64,000 nucleotides of DNA. It comes from Cytophagales bacterium. GTDB taxonomy: Bacteria > Bacteroidota > Bacteroidia > Cytophagales > Microscillaceae. This document shows, one piece after another, positions 18,596 to 28,064 of this stretch. The stretch lies in assembly GCA_004293905.1 (NCBI GenBank), contig RDZE01000021.1, forward strand, positions 28,769-92,768. Reading direction: 5' to 3'. Numbering within the stretch: position 1 is the stretch's first letter; every line of letters begins with the position of its first letter. The translations under genes and the position numbers were made by a program. The notes below the pieces were generated by a model. That model was not told where the DNA came from and did no database searches. It saw nothing but the letters and a program-made list of their open reading frames with translations.

Positions 18596-19120
18596 CATTT
18601 TCTCTGCAAAAATAACAGCATAGCTCTCTGCTTCTGAAAGCACTGCCTTGATATGTTTACTTTCTTCAATAATGATACTATGAAAAGACTTGTTATCCTG
18701 CCAAATTTCAATGAGTTTATTGCCTTTTTCAAAATAGACTTTTAGCTGTTGATAGGCAGTACTACCTCCTTTTTCAATATAAAATATCATATTGCCATCA
18801 TTGTCATAGAGGTACTCTTTATAAAGTTTTCCATCAGTACTTTTCGTGATGATGAGGCGCAGTATAGGGGTATCATCGCCTGCAAAACTATAATAGAAAA
18901 CCTCTCTACCTCCATTGGTACTTTCTGTATTTTCCATCACTAAAGTTTGGTAAGCATTGTCTTCTATTTTATATTTGACGTAGTCATACAAATCACTGAT
19001 GTATCGCACTTTGTCCTGTTGTGCATAAAGAACTATATAACTATTTGCCAACAATGACAAAGTAAGCACCATTATTTTGCAAAATTTGTCTATGAAAGCA
19101 TTATCATTTTTGTTCATCAT
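18587..19120 (-). CDS. Hypothetical secreted protein
   Basis: 177 aa. Lys-containing n-region followed by the hydrophobic IMVLTLSLLANSYIVLYAQQ. No recognisable motif. ATG confirmed at 19120 (also at 19117 and 19072). Confidence 0.5.
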   Translation of the reverse strand: MMNKNDNAFIDKFCKIMVLTLSLLANSYIVLYAQQDKVRYISDLYDYVKYKIEDNAYQTLVMENTESTNGGREVFYYSFAGDDTPILRLIITKSTDGKLYKEYLYDNDGNMIFYIEKGGSTAYQQLKVYFEKGNKLIEIWQDNKSFHSIIIEESKHIKAVLSEAESYAVIFAEKMKK

Positions 19121-19550
19121 TTTATTATTTAGTAGTTTTTTTGCCTGTCAAACTGCCACTACTACAGATGTATTAGATTGGCAAGTATTGGCACAAGTAA
19201 CCTATGAAACCCAATACGATAGCACTACTGCTGGTTTTCAGCCCATACAAAGCCCTAAATTCAGTGCCGAAATTTTGGCTTTTGAGGGAAAATACGTAAC
19301 CATCAAAGGCTATTTGATACCCATGGAAGAAAGTGGGCGTGCTAATTATTTTGTTCTTTCTGCGTTACCTTTTAACTTGTGTTATTTTTGTGGTGGAGCA
19401 GGTCCTGAAACGCTCATAGAAGTACGTAGTCAGGAGGCTATTCCTTTTGATACTGAGCCTATTGTGCTGAAAGGAATTTTTAGAACTTATGCCCAAACAC
19501 AAGACTATTTGATGTATCAGCTTCATGAGGCTACTGTCGTAAAACCATAG
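19092..19550 (+). CDS. Hypothetical lipoprotein (possibly DUF3299-like)
   Basis: The track start at 19077 is TTG. The ATG at 19092 gives the textbook lipoprotein signal MKALSFLFIILLFSSFFAC. The block KGYLIPMEESGRANYFVLSALPFNLCYFCGGAGPE is reminiscent of DUF3299, from memory only. Confidence 0.55.
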   Translation: MKALSFLFIILLFSSFFACQTATTTDVLDWQVLAQVTYETQYDSTTAGFQPIQSPKFSAEILAFEGKYVTIKGYLIPMEESGRANYFVLSALPFNLCYFCGGAGPETLIEVRSQEAIPFDTEPIVLKGIFRTYAQTQDYLMYQLHEATVVKP

Positions 19551-19563
19551 TACAAATATAGTG

Positions 19564-19599
19564 CAAAAAAAAGAGGCATCAATGAGATTGCCTCCTTTT
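19564..19599. terminator. Bidirectional intrinsic terminator
   Basis: Stem gaggca (19573..19578) / tgcctc (19589..19594), flanked by an A-run upstream and cttttа-type T-run downstream. It sits between convergent genes. Confidence 0.55.
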
Positions 19600-19624
19600 A
19601 GGTTGGGTTATTACTGACTCGGAT

Positions 19625-21121
19625 TTAGTTGTTAGAAAAAGTATAATAAAATTTTCCTGCGGTATTGGGGTACATACCTCCTAAGGTAATAGTTTTTTTA
19701 GTGTTATTTATTAAAATATTTTTCAACTCTTTGGCACTTCTCACAGGTTGTCCGTTGCATTCTGTAATAATGAAACCTTGCTCTATATTCGTATTTTGGG
19801 CTATTTTACCTGTACCTATATTTGTAATTTTAGCTCCTCCTTCTATTCTAAGGCGTTGTTGGTCGGTTGTATTGGCATCTTCTACTTCTATGCCCAAATC
19901 ATTGAATGACATGTTTCCTTCAATTTGTATATCAGTATTGGCAGCATATCCATTCTGACTTTTGAGGGCTATGTTTAAAGTAGTTGGGCTATTGTTGCGC
20001 CATACCTCTAATTTTACTTCATCTCCGGGACTTCTGAGGGCAATTGCTTCTTGTAACTCAGCTACGCTTCTTACTTTTTTGCCTTCTACTGCAATGATAA
20101 TGTCGCCTTTTTTGATACCGCCTGTCATTGCTGAGCCATTGGCTACAAGGCTATCTACCAAAACTCCCTCCGTAAGGCTGATTTTACGCTCTTGGGCAAT
20201 TTTCCCATTCAAGTCGCGAATGAAAACCCCTAAATAAGCACGTTGCACCGCGCCAAACTCTATGAGGTCTTTCATTATTTTTTTTACAATATTGACAGGT
20301 ACGGCAAAAGAATAGCCCGCAAAAGTACCTGTTTGTGTGGCAATAGCTGTGTTAATGCCTATTAATTCCCCTTTCAGATTGACCAATGCACCGCCTGAAT
20401 TACCGGGATTCACTGCTGCATCGGTTTGTATGAACGACTCTATGGGGGCTTTGTCTTTTAGAATATTGATATTTCGCCCTTTTGCACTTACAATACCTGC
20501 CGTTACAGTTGATTCTAAATTGAAGGGGTTGCCTACAGCCAATACCCATTCGCCTACTTGTACCTCATCGGAATTGCCTAAAATAACTGCTGGTAGGTTG
20601 TCAGCCTCTATTTTGATGACTGCCAAGTCTGTATGAGGGGCAGTGCCTACTACGGAGGCTTGGTAGGTGCGTTTGTCCGATAAAATGACCTCTAATGTAG
20701 TGGCTTCGGCTACTACGTGGTAATTGGTAACAATATAGCCATCTGTACTTACAATCACCCCTGAGCCAGCAGATTGTGCAGGGTTTTGCCCTCCACGCCT
20801 GAAAAACTCCTCAAAAAGGTCGTTTTGGTTTCGATAACCTGCGCCACTATTTTGCCCACGCGAAGCCACAATATGGACAACTGTAGGGGTGGTTTGGGCG
20901 GCAGATTCTACAAAGTCTTCGGGGAGGTTGAATTGGGCATTTTTTAGGTCTTTGGTAAGTGAAAAGCCTTTTTTTGTTGGATTGACTTCTTGGAATACAA
21001 CTTGTTTTTTATCTTGGCTCATCCACCAATGATAAATGCCGAGCGTGCTGATGTTGGTAACAAAGGCTACCATGAACATAGCGAGTGTGGTATTTTGTTT
21101 GATTAATGCGAGTAGTTTCAT
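19625..21121 (-). CDS. htrA: Do/HtrA/DegQ-family periplasmic serine endopeptidase with two PDZ domains
   Basis: The track start at 21178 is TTG. The ATG at 21121 gives MKLLALIKQNTTLAMFMVAF (membrane anchor). Catalytic triad blocks TNYHVV, TDLAVIK and GNSGGALVN, plus two PDZ-like segments. Confidence 0.9.
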   Translation of the reverse strand: MKLLALIKQNTTLAMFMVAFVTNISTLGIYHWWMSQDKKQVVFQEVNPTKKGFSLTKDLKNAQFNLPEDFVESAAQTTPTVVHIVASRGQNSGAGYRNQNDLFEEFFRRGGQNPAQSAGSGVIVSTDGYIVTNYHVVAEATTLEVILSDKRTYQASVVGTAPHTDLAVIKIEADNLPAVILGNSDEVQVGEWVLAVGNPFNLESTVTAGIVSAKGRNINILKDKAPIESFIQTDAAVNPGNSGGALVNLKGELIGINTAIATQTGTFAGYSFAVPVNIVKKIMKDLIEFGAVQRAYLGVFIRDLNGKIAQERKISLTEGVLVDSLVANGSAMTGGIKKGDIIIAVEGKKVRSVAELQEAIALRSPGDEVKLEVWRNNSPTTLNIALKSQNGYAANTDIQIEGNMSFNDLGIEVEDANTTDQQRLRIEGGAKITNIGTGKIAQNTNIEQGFIITECNGQPVRSAKELKNILINNTKKTITLGGMYPNTAGKFYYTFSNN

Positions 21122-21219
21122 AATGCGTTCTATAAAAGTTTTATTTTTCTGAAATAAGTAACAAAAAATAGAACGCAAAAGTATATAAGAAGTCTTTTTT
21201 TTAACTTTTTTTAAAAAAA

Positions 21220-23106
21220 TCAGTAAGCTCTTTCAAAACTTCCTTGCATAAAGTTGACAAATGCCATATTGACTACTCGGTTGCCACCTTCGGTAGGGTA
21301 ATTGCCTGTGAAGTACCAATCGCCGATGTGATTGGGGCAGGCTTGGTGTAGGTTTTTTACGGTTTGGAAAACTACAGATACTTCGGCTGAAATATCGTTG
21401 CTACGTACAATTTGAGCTATTTTTTGCGAGATTTCCTCTTCTGAAAAAGGTGCATAAATGGCTTGTACATAGTTTTTTTGTTGGTCAGTGCCATTTCTGA
21501 TGGCTTGTTTGCACTCTTCAAACGTATTTTCGAGTAGGTGTTCCATTCCGCGTTCTTCTATCAATTCTTTAGCGGCTCTGAAAGCAACAAAATCTCTGAT
21601 GCGCGACATGTCTATACCATAACAATCAGGGTATCGTATTTGAGGGGCGGAGGAAACAATGACTATTTTCTTAGGTTCTAATTTATTGACCATCTTGAGG
21701 ATACTTTTCTCTAAGGTAGTGCCCCTCACGATGGAGTCATCTATAAGTACTATATTGTCTATACCTTTTTTGATTACTTCGTAAGTAGTGTCATAAACGT
21801 GCGCTACGAGTTCGTCTCGGTGCGAATCATCGGTGATGAAGGTGCGCAATTTAGCATCTTTGATGACTAATTTTTCAACGCGTGGTCTGAAAGCTAATTT
21901 TTTTAAGATTTCTTGGGTATCTTTCTGAGGGTTTTGGGCAAAATCGGACAGTAAATCTTGTCGATGTTGGCTTAAGTATTCTTCTATGCCTTTCATCAAA
22001 CCTAAGAAAGCAGTTTCAGCAGTGTTAGGTATGTAGGAAAATACCGTATTTTCTATGTCATAGTCTACGGCTTGGAGCACTTGTGGGGTAAGTAATTTGC
22101 CCAGCATTTTTCTTTCTTGATAAATTTCGGGGTCAGTGCCTCTTGAGAAGTAGATGCGTTCGAAACTACACGAAGTTCTTGTTTTTTCTTCTATGAATGC
22201 TTCTTGGTAACTTTTCCCATCTTGTTTGATGATGAGTGCATGGGCAGGTTTTATTTCTTGAATGTCTTGGTACGAAACACCAAAAGCGGTTTTGATGGCA
22301 GTTTTTTCGGAGGCTGCCACGATTACTTCTTCATCTTCATAAAAATAGGCGGGGCGTATTCCGTTAGGGTCGCGTGCTATGAAGGCATCACCATTGCCTG
22401 TTGCACCTACGATGCTGTACCCTCCATCGAAATCTCGGCAGGCTCTTTTGAGAACCCTAATGAGGTCGATTTCTTTTTGTAAGAAAGGCATGACATCTTT
22501 TTTGGTGTATTGGTCTTTGTATCGGTCTATGATGCGTTGGTTTTCTTCATCTAAGAAGTGCCCTATTTTTTCCAAAATTAATACTGTATCTACTTTATCG
22601 CGGGGGTGTTGTCCTAATCCAACAAGCATATTGAATAGCTCTTCTACGTTAGTGAGGTTAAAATTGCCTGCTACTACTAAATTGCGAGTACGCCAATTGC
22701 TTTGCCTTAAAAATGGGTGGCAGTTTTCTATTTTATTAGCTCCATAAGTACCATAGCGGAGATGTCCTATGTAGCAATCGCCTATGAAATCTACATTTTC
22801 ACTAATCCAATCAATGGGGTTAGATAAATTTCGGGGTATTTCTTTGAGGGTGCTATCTATTTTTTGTTGTATTTTTTTGAAGGTATCTTCTATGAATTGA
22901 TTTTCAATGGAGCGTTCGCGGTTCATGTATTTTTTACCTACGGGTACATTGATTTTGATGGTTGCTACGCCTGCGCCATTTTGCCCTCTATTGTGTTGTT
23001 TTTGCATCAATAAATAGAGTTTTTTCAGCCCATATTTATAGCTTCCGTATTTTTCTACATAGTAGTTGAGGTCTTTTTTTAGGCGAATAAAAGCAATACC
23101 ACACAT
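21220..23106 (-). CDS. purF: Amidophosphoribosyltransferase (long Bacteroidetes-type PurF)
   Basis: 628 aa. N-terminal nucleophile MCGIAFIRL and PRPP-binding loop VLIDDSIVRGTT. Confidence 0.8.
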   Translation of the reverse strand: MCGIAFIRLKKDLNYYVEKYGSYKYGLKKLYLLMQKQHNRGQNGAGVATIKINVPVGKKYMNRERSIENQFIEDTFKKIQQKIDSTLKEIPRNLSNPIDWISENVDFIGDCYIGHLRYGTYGANKIENCHPFLRQSNWRTRNLVVAGNFNLTNVEELFNMLVGLGQHPRDKVDTVLILEKIGHFLDEENQRIIDRYKDQYTKKDVMPFLQKEIDLIRVLKRACRDFDGGYSIVGATGNGDAFIARDPNGIRPAYFYEDEEVIVAASEKTAIKTAFGVSYQDIQEIKPAHALIIKQDGKSYQEAFIEEKTRTSCSFERIYFSRGTDPEIYQERKMLGKLLTPQVLQAVDYDIENTVFSYIPNTAETAFLGLMKGIEEYLSQHRQDLLSDFAQNPQKDTQEILKKLAFRPRVEKLVIKDAKLRTFITDDSHRDELVAHVYDTTYEVIKKGIDNIVLIDDSIVRGTTLEKSILKMVNKLEPKKIVIVSSAPQIRYPDCYGIDMSRIRDFVAFRAAKELIEERGMEHLLENTFEECKQAIRNGTDQQKNYVQAIYAPFSEEEISQKIAQIVRSNDISAEVSVVFQTVKNLHQACPNHIGDWYFTGNYPTEGGNRVVNMAFVNFMQGSFERAY

Positions 23107-23226
23107 AATAAAGAGGGTTTAATGGATAAATAAAATAAGAAGATGTATAGAGAGAACAAAAAAAACGTGCTTAGAGTTTTTTGGGGTAAAAATGAGGGTA
23201 GAAAAAGGGTAGGTAAAAAAATGAAG

Positions 23227-23308
23227 TGCTCACAGGGAGAGTCGAACTCCCACACCTTGCGGCACCACCCCCTCAAGATGGCGTGTCTACCAATTCCACC
23301 ATGTGAGC
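23227..23308 (-). tRNA. tRNA-Leu (anticodon GAG)
   Basis: Minus strand: GCTCACA TG GTGG AATTGGTAGA CAC G CCATC TTGAGGG GGTGG TGCCGCAAGGTGT GGGAG TTCGACT CTCCC TGTGAGC A. It has a 7-bp acceptor stem, a long variable arm and a T-loop TTCGACT. No CCA is encoded. Confidence 0.9.
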
Positions 23309-23377
23309 ATTGTAGAATTTGAGGTGCAAAGGTAAGGAAGTAATAATATAAAAACAAATTTTTGGGTTTAATATTTT

Positions 23378-24751
23378 TCATTTTTTACCAATAGATAGCA
23401 GTGTTTGTTGGTAATTGTATTTGAAAATCTCATATTTTTCGTGTTTTTGGTTTTTTACGCGCCATTTTGCTTGAGTAATAGTGCCTTTTATCCATTGACT
23501 ATCTGCATTGTATAGTATGATAGGGAGTATGTTTTGAGTTTCGGCGGCGGCAAGTAGTGGCATTTCATCATCAATGATGATGGCATCTAAGGGCATTCCT
23601 ACCTGAAAATAATCTTCGAGGAAAGGGAGATTGGCGGCGGCTCTTCCCTGAAAAATGGTTTGGTGGTAGGGGTGTTGTTTTTGGCTTTCGAAGTCAAAGG
23701 TATTTCTTCGGTGGGTTTGTGTGCGTTGGTGATAGTCTGTCCATCTGATTTCTTCGAAGGGAGAGAGGCAGATTTGGCTATCAGAGCCTATTGCCCATTT
23801 GCCTTGTTGATTTTGATAATCTGTAAGTTTGAATACGCCATCGCCTAAATTTCCTTCTGTACCAGTGCAAAGTATGGCAGTGGCTTTAGATTTTGCTAAC
23901 TGTTCTACTTCTGTTTTTGTAAGATGTGTGCAATGAACTAAAAAATGTTTTTCCCCTAAGGGTGTATTGTTTAGTAGCCATTCAACGGGTCGTTGTTGGG
24001 TGGTTTGTAGGCAGTCTTCTACTTCTTGTAATTGTTCGGCTGCGTGAGTATGAATGATACTTTCGGGGAGGTCTTTGAATATTTGTTGAATGACTGTAGT
24101 ATCTACAGCGCGTAGGGAGTGAAAAGAAGCGGCTGTTTGTACATTTTTGTATTGTTTTGCTATATTTTGTGTTTTTTCAAGTAGTTGGTAGTATTGTTCG
24201 AGGTTTGATGAGATAAAACGCCTTTGTTCGGGGAGTGCATCTTTCTGAAAACCTCCTTTTTGATACAGAACAGGTATGAGTGTGATACCTATGCCTGTGT
24301 TTTGTGCGGCTTCTATGAGTCTTTCGCCCATTTCGGCGAGGTTTTCGTAGGGTTTTCCGTTGGGTTGGTGGTGTAGGTAATGAAATTCGACTACATGGGT
24401 ATAGCCTAAACGCAACATTTCGGCATAGAGCATTTCGGCTACGTGCTGCATTTGTGTAGGGTTGAGCGATAGTGCTGTTTTGTACATCAGTTCGCGCCAT
24501 GTCCAAAAAGTATCTTTTTGTGCCCATAAAGCTGTTTCGGCTCTTCCTGCCATTGCATATTGAAAGGCGTGAGAGTGTGCATTGGGAAAGCCCGCTAAGG
24601 TATATCCTTTTACTATTTCGGTGTTATTATATTGGGTATCTATGGAGTTGTTAATCGTTAAGATAGTGCCTTCTTGGTCGGTGTTGATGGCTACATTTTT
24701 TTGCCATTGATGTCCTTGCCATAGGTTTTCAAAAATCCATTGTTTCATCAT
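23378..24751 (-). CDS. Amidohydrolase-superfamily deiminase (formimidoylglutamate deiminase HutF-like)
   Basis: 457 aa. Metal-binding HxH block GFPNAHSHAFQYAMAGRAE, then HYLHH and HTHAAEQ blocks. No other hut genes are nearby. Confidence 0.6.
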   Translation of the reverse strand: MMKQWIFENLWQGHQWQKNVAINTDQEGTILTINNSIDTQYNNTEIVKGYTLAGFPNAHSHAFQYAMAGRAETALWAQKDTFWTWRELMYKTALSLNPTQMQHVAEMLYAEMLRLGYTHVVEFHYLHHQPNGKPYENLAEMGERLIEAAQNTGIGITLIPVLYQKGGFQKDALPEQRRFISSNLEQYYQLLEKTQNIAKQYKNVQTAASFHSLRAVDTTVIQQIFKDLPESIIHTHAAEQLQEVEDCLQTTQQRPVEWLLNNTPLGEKHFLVHCTHLTKTEVEQLAKSKATAILCTGTEGNLGDGVFKLTDYQNQQGKWAIGSDSQICLSPFEEIRWTDYHQRTQTHRRNTFDFESQKQHPYHQTIFQGRAAANLPFLEDYFQVGMPLDAIIIDDEMPLLAAAETQNILPIILYNADSQWIKGTITQAKWRVKNQKHEKYEIFKYNYQQTLLSIGKK

Positions 24752-24754
24752 TTT

Positions 24755-26197
24755 TTATTTCATTTTGATTTGTAGATTTCCTGTTGCCAATACGTTAAGA
24801 ATGATTTTATCGGGCGTGATGGCTACTTCGCCCATTTTGAGTTGGTCGAGTTTTCCATTGAGCAATGCTACTTCGCCGAGGGGGTAGTTGGTGAGGTTCT
24901 TTTGTATTTCTTTTTTGAGGTCTTCCAAAGAGGTTTTAAGTGGCATTTTTAATGATTCGGCAATCAATTTATTGATTTTTTTATCAAAAAGCCAAGCGGC
25001 AGATTTGGCAAGGAGGTTTTTGGTATCGAGGCTGAAGTCTAAATTTTTAATCATGATGCTCTGAGAGGCTTCATCATAGGTAGGCAACCCTTCAAAATAG
25101 GCTGTTCCGTTGAGGCTGCCCATCATGCTCACGGCTAAAACCATATTGCCTTCGCTTCCATAGAGGTTGATATTGGTGATGGTTATTTTCTTTTTGCCTT
25201 GTGTGTAGGTTTGCCCTACAAATTGTTTTTTTACCTCTTCTATGGCAAATTGCCTGTCTATATGGTTTTGCAATGTGATTTGAAACTGTGGGCTGATTTG
25301 GTTGGTTAGTTGTAGGTTTTTAAGTGGTAAATTGGAGGTATTATTGGGTGGGTTAGCTCCTATATAGCTATTAGCATACATACGCATTGCGACAGTTGTT
25401 TGTAGGGTATTGTTTTCGAAGCCAATGGGTTTCATCTGTATTTCTTCGGGCTTGAGTGTGAGCCAAGTATTGTATTCTTCGGAGAGTAAGATGGGTTTTT
25501 GAAGCATTGTCCATACCTGACTTACTTCTCCTTTTAGGTTGGCTTGGCTGCTGAGGGCTTCATCTATTTTTTTGGCAATGTATTCCTTTTGGTTTTTGAG
25601 TAATAAATCGGCAATAAAATCAATAGGGAGGCTAAAACCGCGTATATCAATGGTGGGTTTTACGAGCCATTGGTAGTTCTCAATAGTAGTTTGTGATTGT
25701 AATTGCCATTGTGGGCTGATGCCTATTTTGGTAGCAAAATTGATTTTGATGGCAAAATCTGAAGTGGCAGTTTCGCTGATGCTAAATCCTAAGGCTTCGG
25801 CTTCAAAAGTACCATCTAAGCGGACACGTAAAGGGACAGCAATTTTTAGACTGGAGGCATTGCCTGAGAGTTTAATATCTTCTTGTTTACTTACTTTCAG
25901 ATTGAACCTATCGTAGTCGCTACTTGATTGATTTTTTAACTCATAGAGCACTCCTTTTACTTGGCTATTGAGTTGTTTTTCAATTTGTAGTAGGGGAATT
26001 TGGAGGGGAAGTGCAATAGTCGACAACACTGATTTAGGGCTATAGTTTTGATAAGATTCAATGGGTGCTTTGGGGTATAGCGTTTTGGAACACGCGCTTA
26101 GAAAGAGCATTGAAGTACATAACACTAATAAATATACCACTGAGGTATATTTTAGCTTAGGATTGTTGTATGGTATGTAGTTTTTTATAGTAGCCAT
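24755..26197 (-). CDS. Hypothetical lipoprotein (possibly DUF4403-like)
   Basis: 480 aa. Lipobox LFLSAC after a Lys-containing n-region. ATG confirmed at 26197. It overlaps the upstream ABC gene by 41 nt. Confidence 0.5.
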   Translation of the reverse strand: MATIKNYIPYNNPKLKYTSVVYLLVLCTSMLFLSACSKTLYPKAPIESYQNYSPKSVLSTIALPLQIPLLQIEKQLNSQVKGVLYELKNQSSSDYDRFNLKVSKQEDIKLSGNASSLKIAVPLRVRLDGTFEAEALGFSISETATSDFAIKINFATKIGISPQWQLQSQTTIENYQWLVKPTIDIRGFSLPIDFIADLLLKNQKEYIAKKIDEALSSQANLKGEVSQVWTMLQKPILLSEEYNTWLTLKPEEIQMKPIGFENNTLQTTVAMRMYANSYIGANPPNNTSNLPLKNLQLTNQISPQFQITLQNHIDRQFAIEEVKKQFVGQTYTQGKKKITITNINLYGSEGNMVLAVSMMGSLNGTAYFEGLPTYDEASQSIMIKNLDFSLDTKNLLAKSAAWLFDKKINKLIAESLKMPLKTSLEDLKKEIQKNLTNYPLGEVALLNGKLDQLKMGEVAITPDKIILNVLATGNLQIKMK

Positions 26198-27977
26198 TTT
26201 CTTTTGCTATCAATTCTTGATGAGAACCTATTTCTACAATTTCACCTTGTTTTAATACGATGATTCTATCTGCTTTTTGTACGGTACTGAGGCGGTGCGC
26301 AATGACCAAAGAGGTGCGGTTTTGCATTAGTGATTCTAAGGCTACCTGCACTATTTTCTCCGATTCATTGTCTAAGGCTGAGGTGGCTTCGTCTAATATT
26401 AGGAGTGCTGGATTTTTCAGTACGGCTCTTGCAATGGTGAGTCGTTGTCGTTGCCCGCCTGCCAATTTCATTCCTCTGTCGCCAATGGAGGTTTGATATC
26501 CTTGTTCGCTTTGCATAATAAAGTCGTGTGCAAAGGCTATTTTTGCAGCTTCTTCTACGGTGCTTGGTGTGGCTTTAGGGTTGGCAAATGCTATGTTGTT
26601 ATAAATAGTATCATTGAATAAAATAGGTTCTTGGCTCACAATACCTATGAGTTCTAAAAGGCTTTCTTTGTTGATGTCTTTGATGTTGATACCGTCTATG
26701 AGTATTTCGCCTTCCTGAACATCATAAAAGCGAGGTATGAGGTCAGCAATGGTAGATTTTCCGCTCCCTGTTTCGCCTACAAGTGCTAAGGTTTCACCTT
26801 TTTGTATAGTAAAGGAAATATTTTTGAGCACCCATTGTGTATTGTATTTAAAAGATACATTTCTGAATTCTATACTTTTTTCAAATCCTTTTATTTCTTT
26901 TGCATTTAATTGGTTAGTAACTTCTTCGGGTGTATCTAAAATACTAAAAACTCTTTCGGCGGCTGAAAAACCACGTTGCAAAGTACTGTATGCACCTGCG
27001 ATGGTTTTGGCAGGTTGCATTACTTGTGAAAATAAGATGATGTAGGTTACAAATTGGCTTGCAGTCAGGTTCGTTTCTCCTGAAAGTACTAAACTACCTC
27101 CATACAAAAGAATACCCGAAACGACCAATACGCCTAAAAATTCAGAAACGGGGGAAGCCATTTCGCGGGTGTTGGCAGTTTTTCTGATGACGTTTCCGTA
27201 GTTGTGATTTTCGGTATAAAATTTAGAGGCAATGTATTGTTGTCCCTGAAAGGCTTTGATGATGCGAAGCGCGCCTATAGCCTCTTCTACTATAGTGATC
27301 ATATTGCCGAAGGTTTTTTGCCCTAAGTCGGTTTGGTGTCTTAATTTACTTACAAGCCATGCAACAATGCCACCAGCTAAGGGAATAAAAAAGATGCTGA
27401 ATAGGGTGAGTTCTGCCGAAATGAGGAAGAGTGCTAAGAAAAAGCCAACCAACTTGAAGGGTTCTTTGATGATGCGCATAGTGTTGGTTACAACCGCTTC
27501 TAATTCCAAAGAGTCAGCACTGATGCGTGCGATAAGGTCTCCCTTTCTTTGTTCGGAAAAATAACCAAGATGTAAATTGATAATTTTTTGGAATAGGTCT
27601 TGGCGTAGGTTTTCTATGATGGTGGCACGTAAATACTCTATAATTCTTATTGAGAGAAATAAAAAAACATTGGTAAGCAATACTGAAACAATGATAATGG
27701 AGCAGACAAATAATAGGGCGTGAGTTTTTCCGTGTTGTTGTGCTATGCTTAGGAAATAGTAATAGAAAATATCATTCAGATAACCAATTGTGAATGAAAA
27801 AGTGGGTATTTGGGGGGCTTGTGGCATTTCTTTGCTGAAAAGCACATCGAAGAGTGGCACTAAAAGGGTAAAATTGAACAACCCAAAGAGGGTATATAGG
27901 ATAGAGCAGAGAATAAAAGGGACAAAAACCACCCATAGTGGTTTGCCGTAGGCAAAAAGTTTGGATAGATATTTCAT
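26157..27977 (-). CDS. ABC transporter permease/ATP-binding protein (MsbA-like type I exporter)
   Basis: The track start at 28004 is TTG and overlaps a terminator tail. The ATG at 27977 gives MKYLSKLFAYGKPLW. Six TM helices, Walker A GETGSGKST, signature LAGGQRQRLTIARA, Walker B LILDEATSALD. Confidence 0.9.
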   Translation of the reverse strand: MKYLSKLFAYGKPLWVVFVPFILCSILYTLFGLFNFTLLVPLFDVLFSKEMPQAPQIPTFSFTIGYLNDIFYYYFLSIAQQHGKTHALLFVCSIIIVSVLLTNVFLFLSIRIIEYLRATIIENLRQDLFQKIINLHLGYFSEQRKGDLIARISADSLELEAVVTNTMRIIKEPFKLVGFFLALFLISAELTLFSIFFIPLAGGIVAWLVSKLRHQTDLGQKTFGNMITIVEEAIGALRIIKAFQGQQYIASKFYTENHNYGNVIRKTANTREMASPVSEFLGVLVVSGILLYGGSLVLSGETNLTASQFVTYIILFSQVMQPAKTIAGAYSTLQRGFSAAERVFSILDTPEEVTNQLNAKEIKGFEKSIEFRNVSFKYNTQWVLKNISFTIQKGETLALVGETGSGKSTIADLIPRFYDVQEGEILIDGINIKDINKESLLELIGIVSQEPILFNDTIYNNIAFANPKATPSTVEEAAKIAFAHDFIMQSEQGYQTSIGDRGMKLAGGQRQRLTIARAVLKNPALLILDEATSALDNESEKIVQVALESLMQNRTSLVIAHRLSTVQKADRIIVLKQGEIVEIGSHQELIAKENGYYKKLHTIQQS

Positions 27978-27993
27978 AATATTTTTGTAGGTG

Positions 27994-28001
27994 CAAAAAT
28001 A
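27994..28001 (-). promoter_or_regulatory. Candidate -7 promoter box (TATTTTTG on minus strand)
   Basis: Plus-strand caaaaata is TATTTTTG on the minus strand, 17 nt upstream of the ATG at 27977 and immediately after the terminator hairpin. Confidence 0.35.
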
Positions 28002-28002
28002 C

Positions 28003-28026
28003 AAAAAGCAGTCTGATTAGACTGCT
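28003..28026 (-). terminator. Intrinsic terminator after the lipoprotein gene
   Basis: 8-bp stem agcagtct (28007..28014) / agactgct (28019..28026) with loop gatt. The minus strand continues with TTTTT (plus-strand a-run 28003..28007). Confidence 0.7.
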
Positions 28027-28064
28027 TCGCAATGCATATTTTTTGAATGAGTGATAAGAGTAAA

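Noticed and set aside
23079-23381. 100-aa minus-strand ORF
   Set aside because: It runs straight through tRNA-Leu (23227..23308) and the purF/hutF-like intergenic DNA. Its sequence is poly-Leu/Phe low complexity. It is not a gene.
26157-28004. N-terminal extensions in the ORF track (starts at 28004, 21178, 46297, 46750, 55192, 63184, 15556, 19077 and 11638)
   Set aside because: I read each start codon directly. All are TTG, except 11638 which is GTG, and all are translated as Met by the track. In every case a downstream ATG gives a canonical N-terminus (signal peptide, Rossmann motif or family-typical start). Several of the extensions also overlap terminators or -7 boxes.
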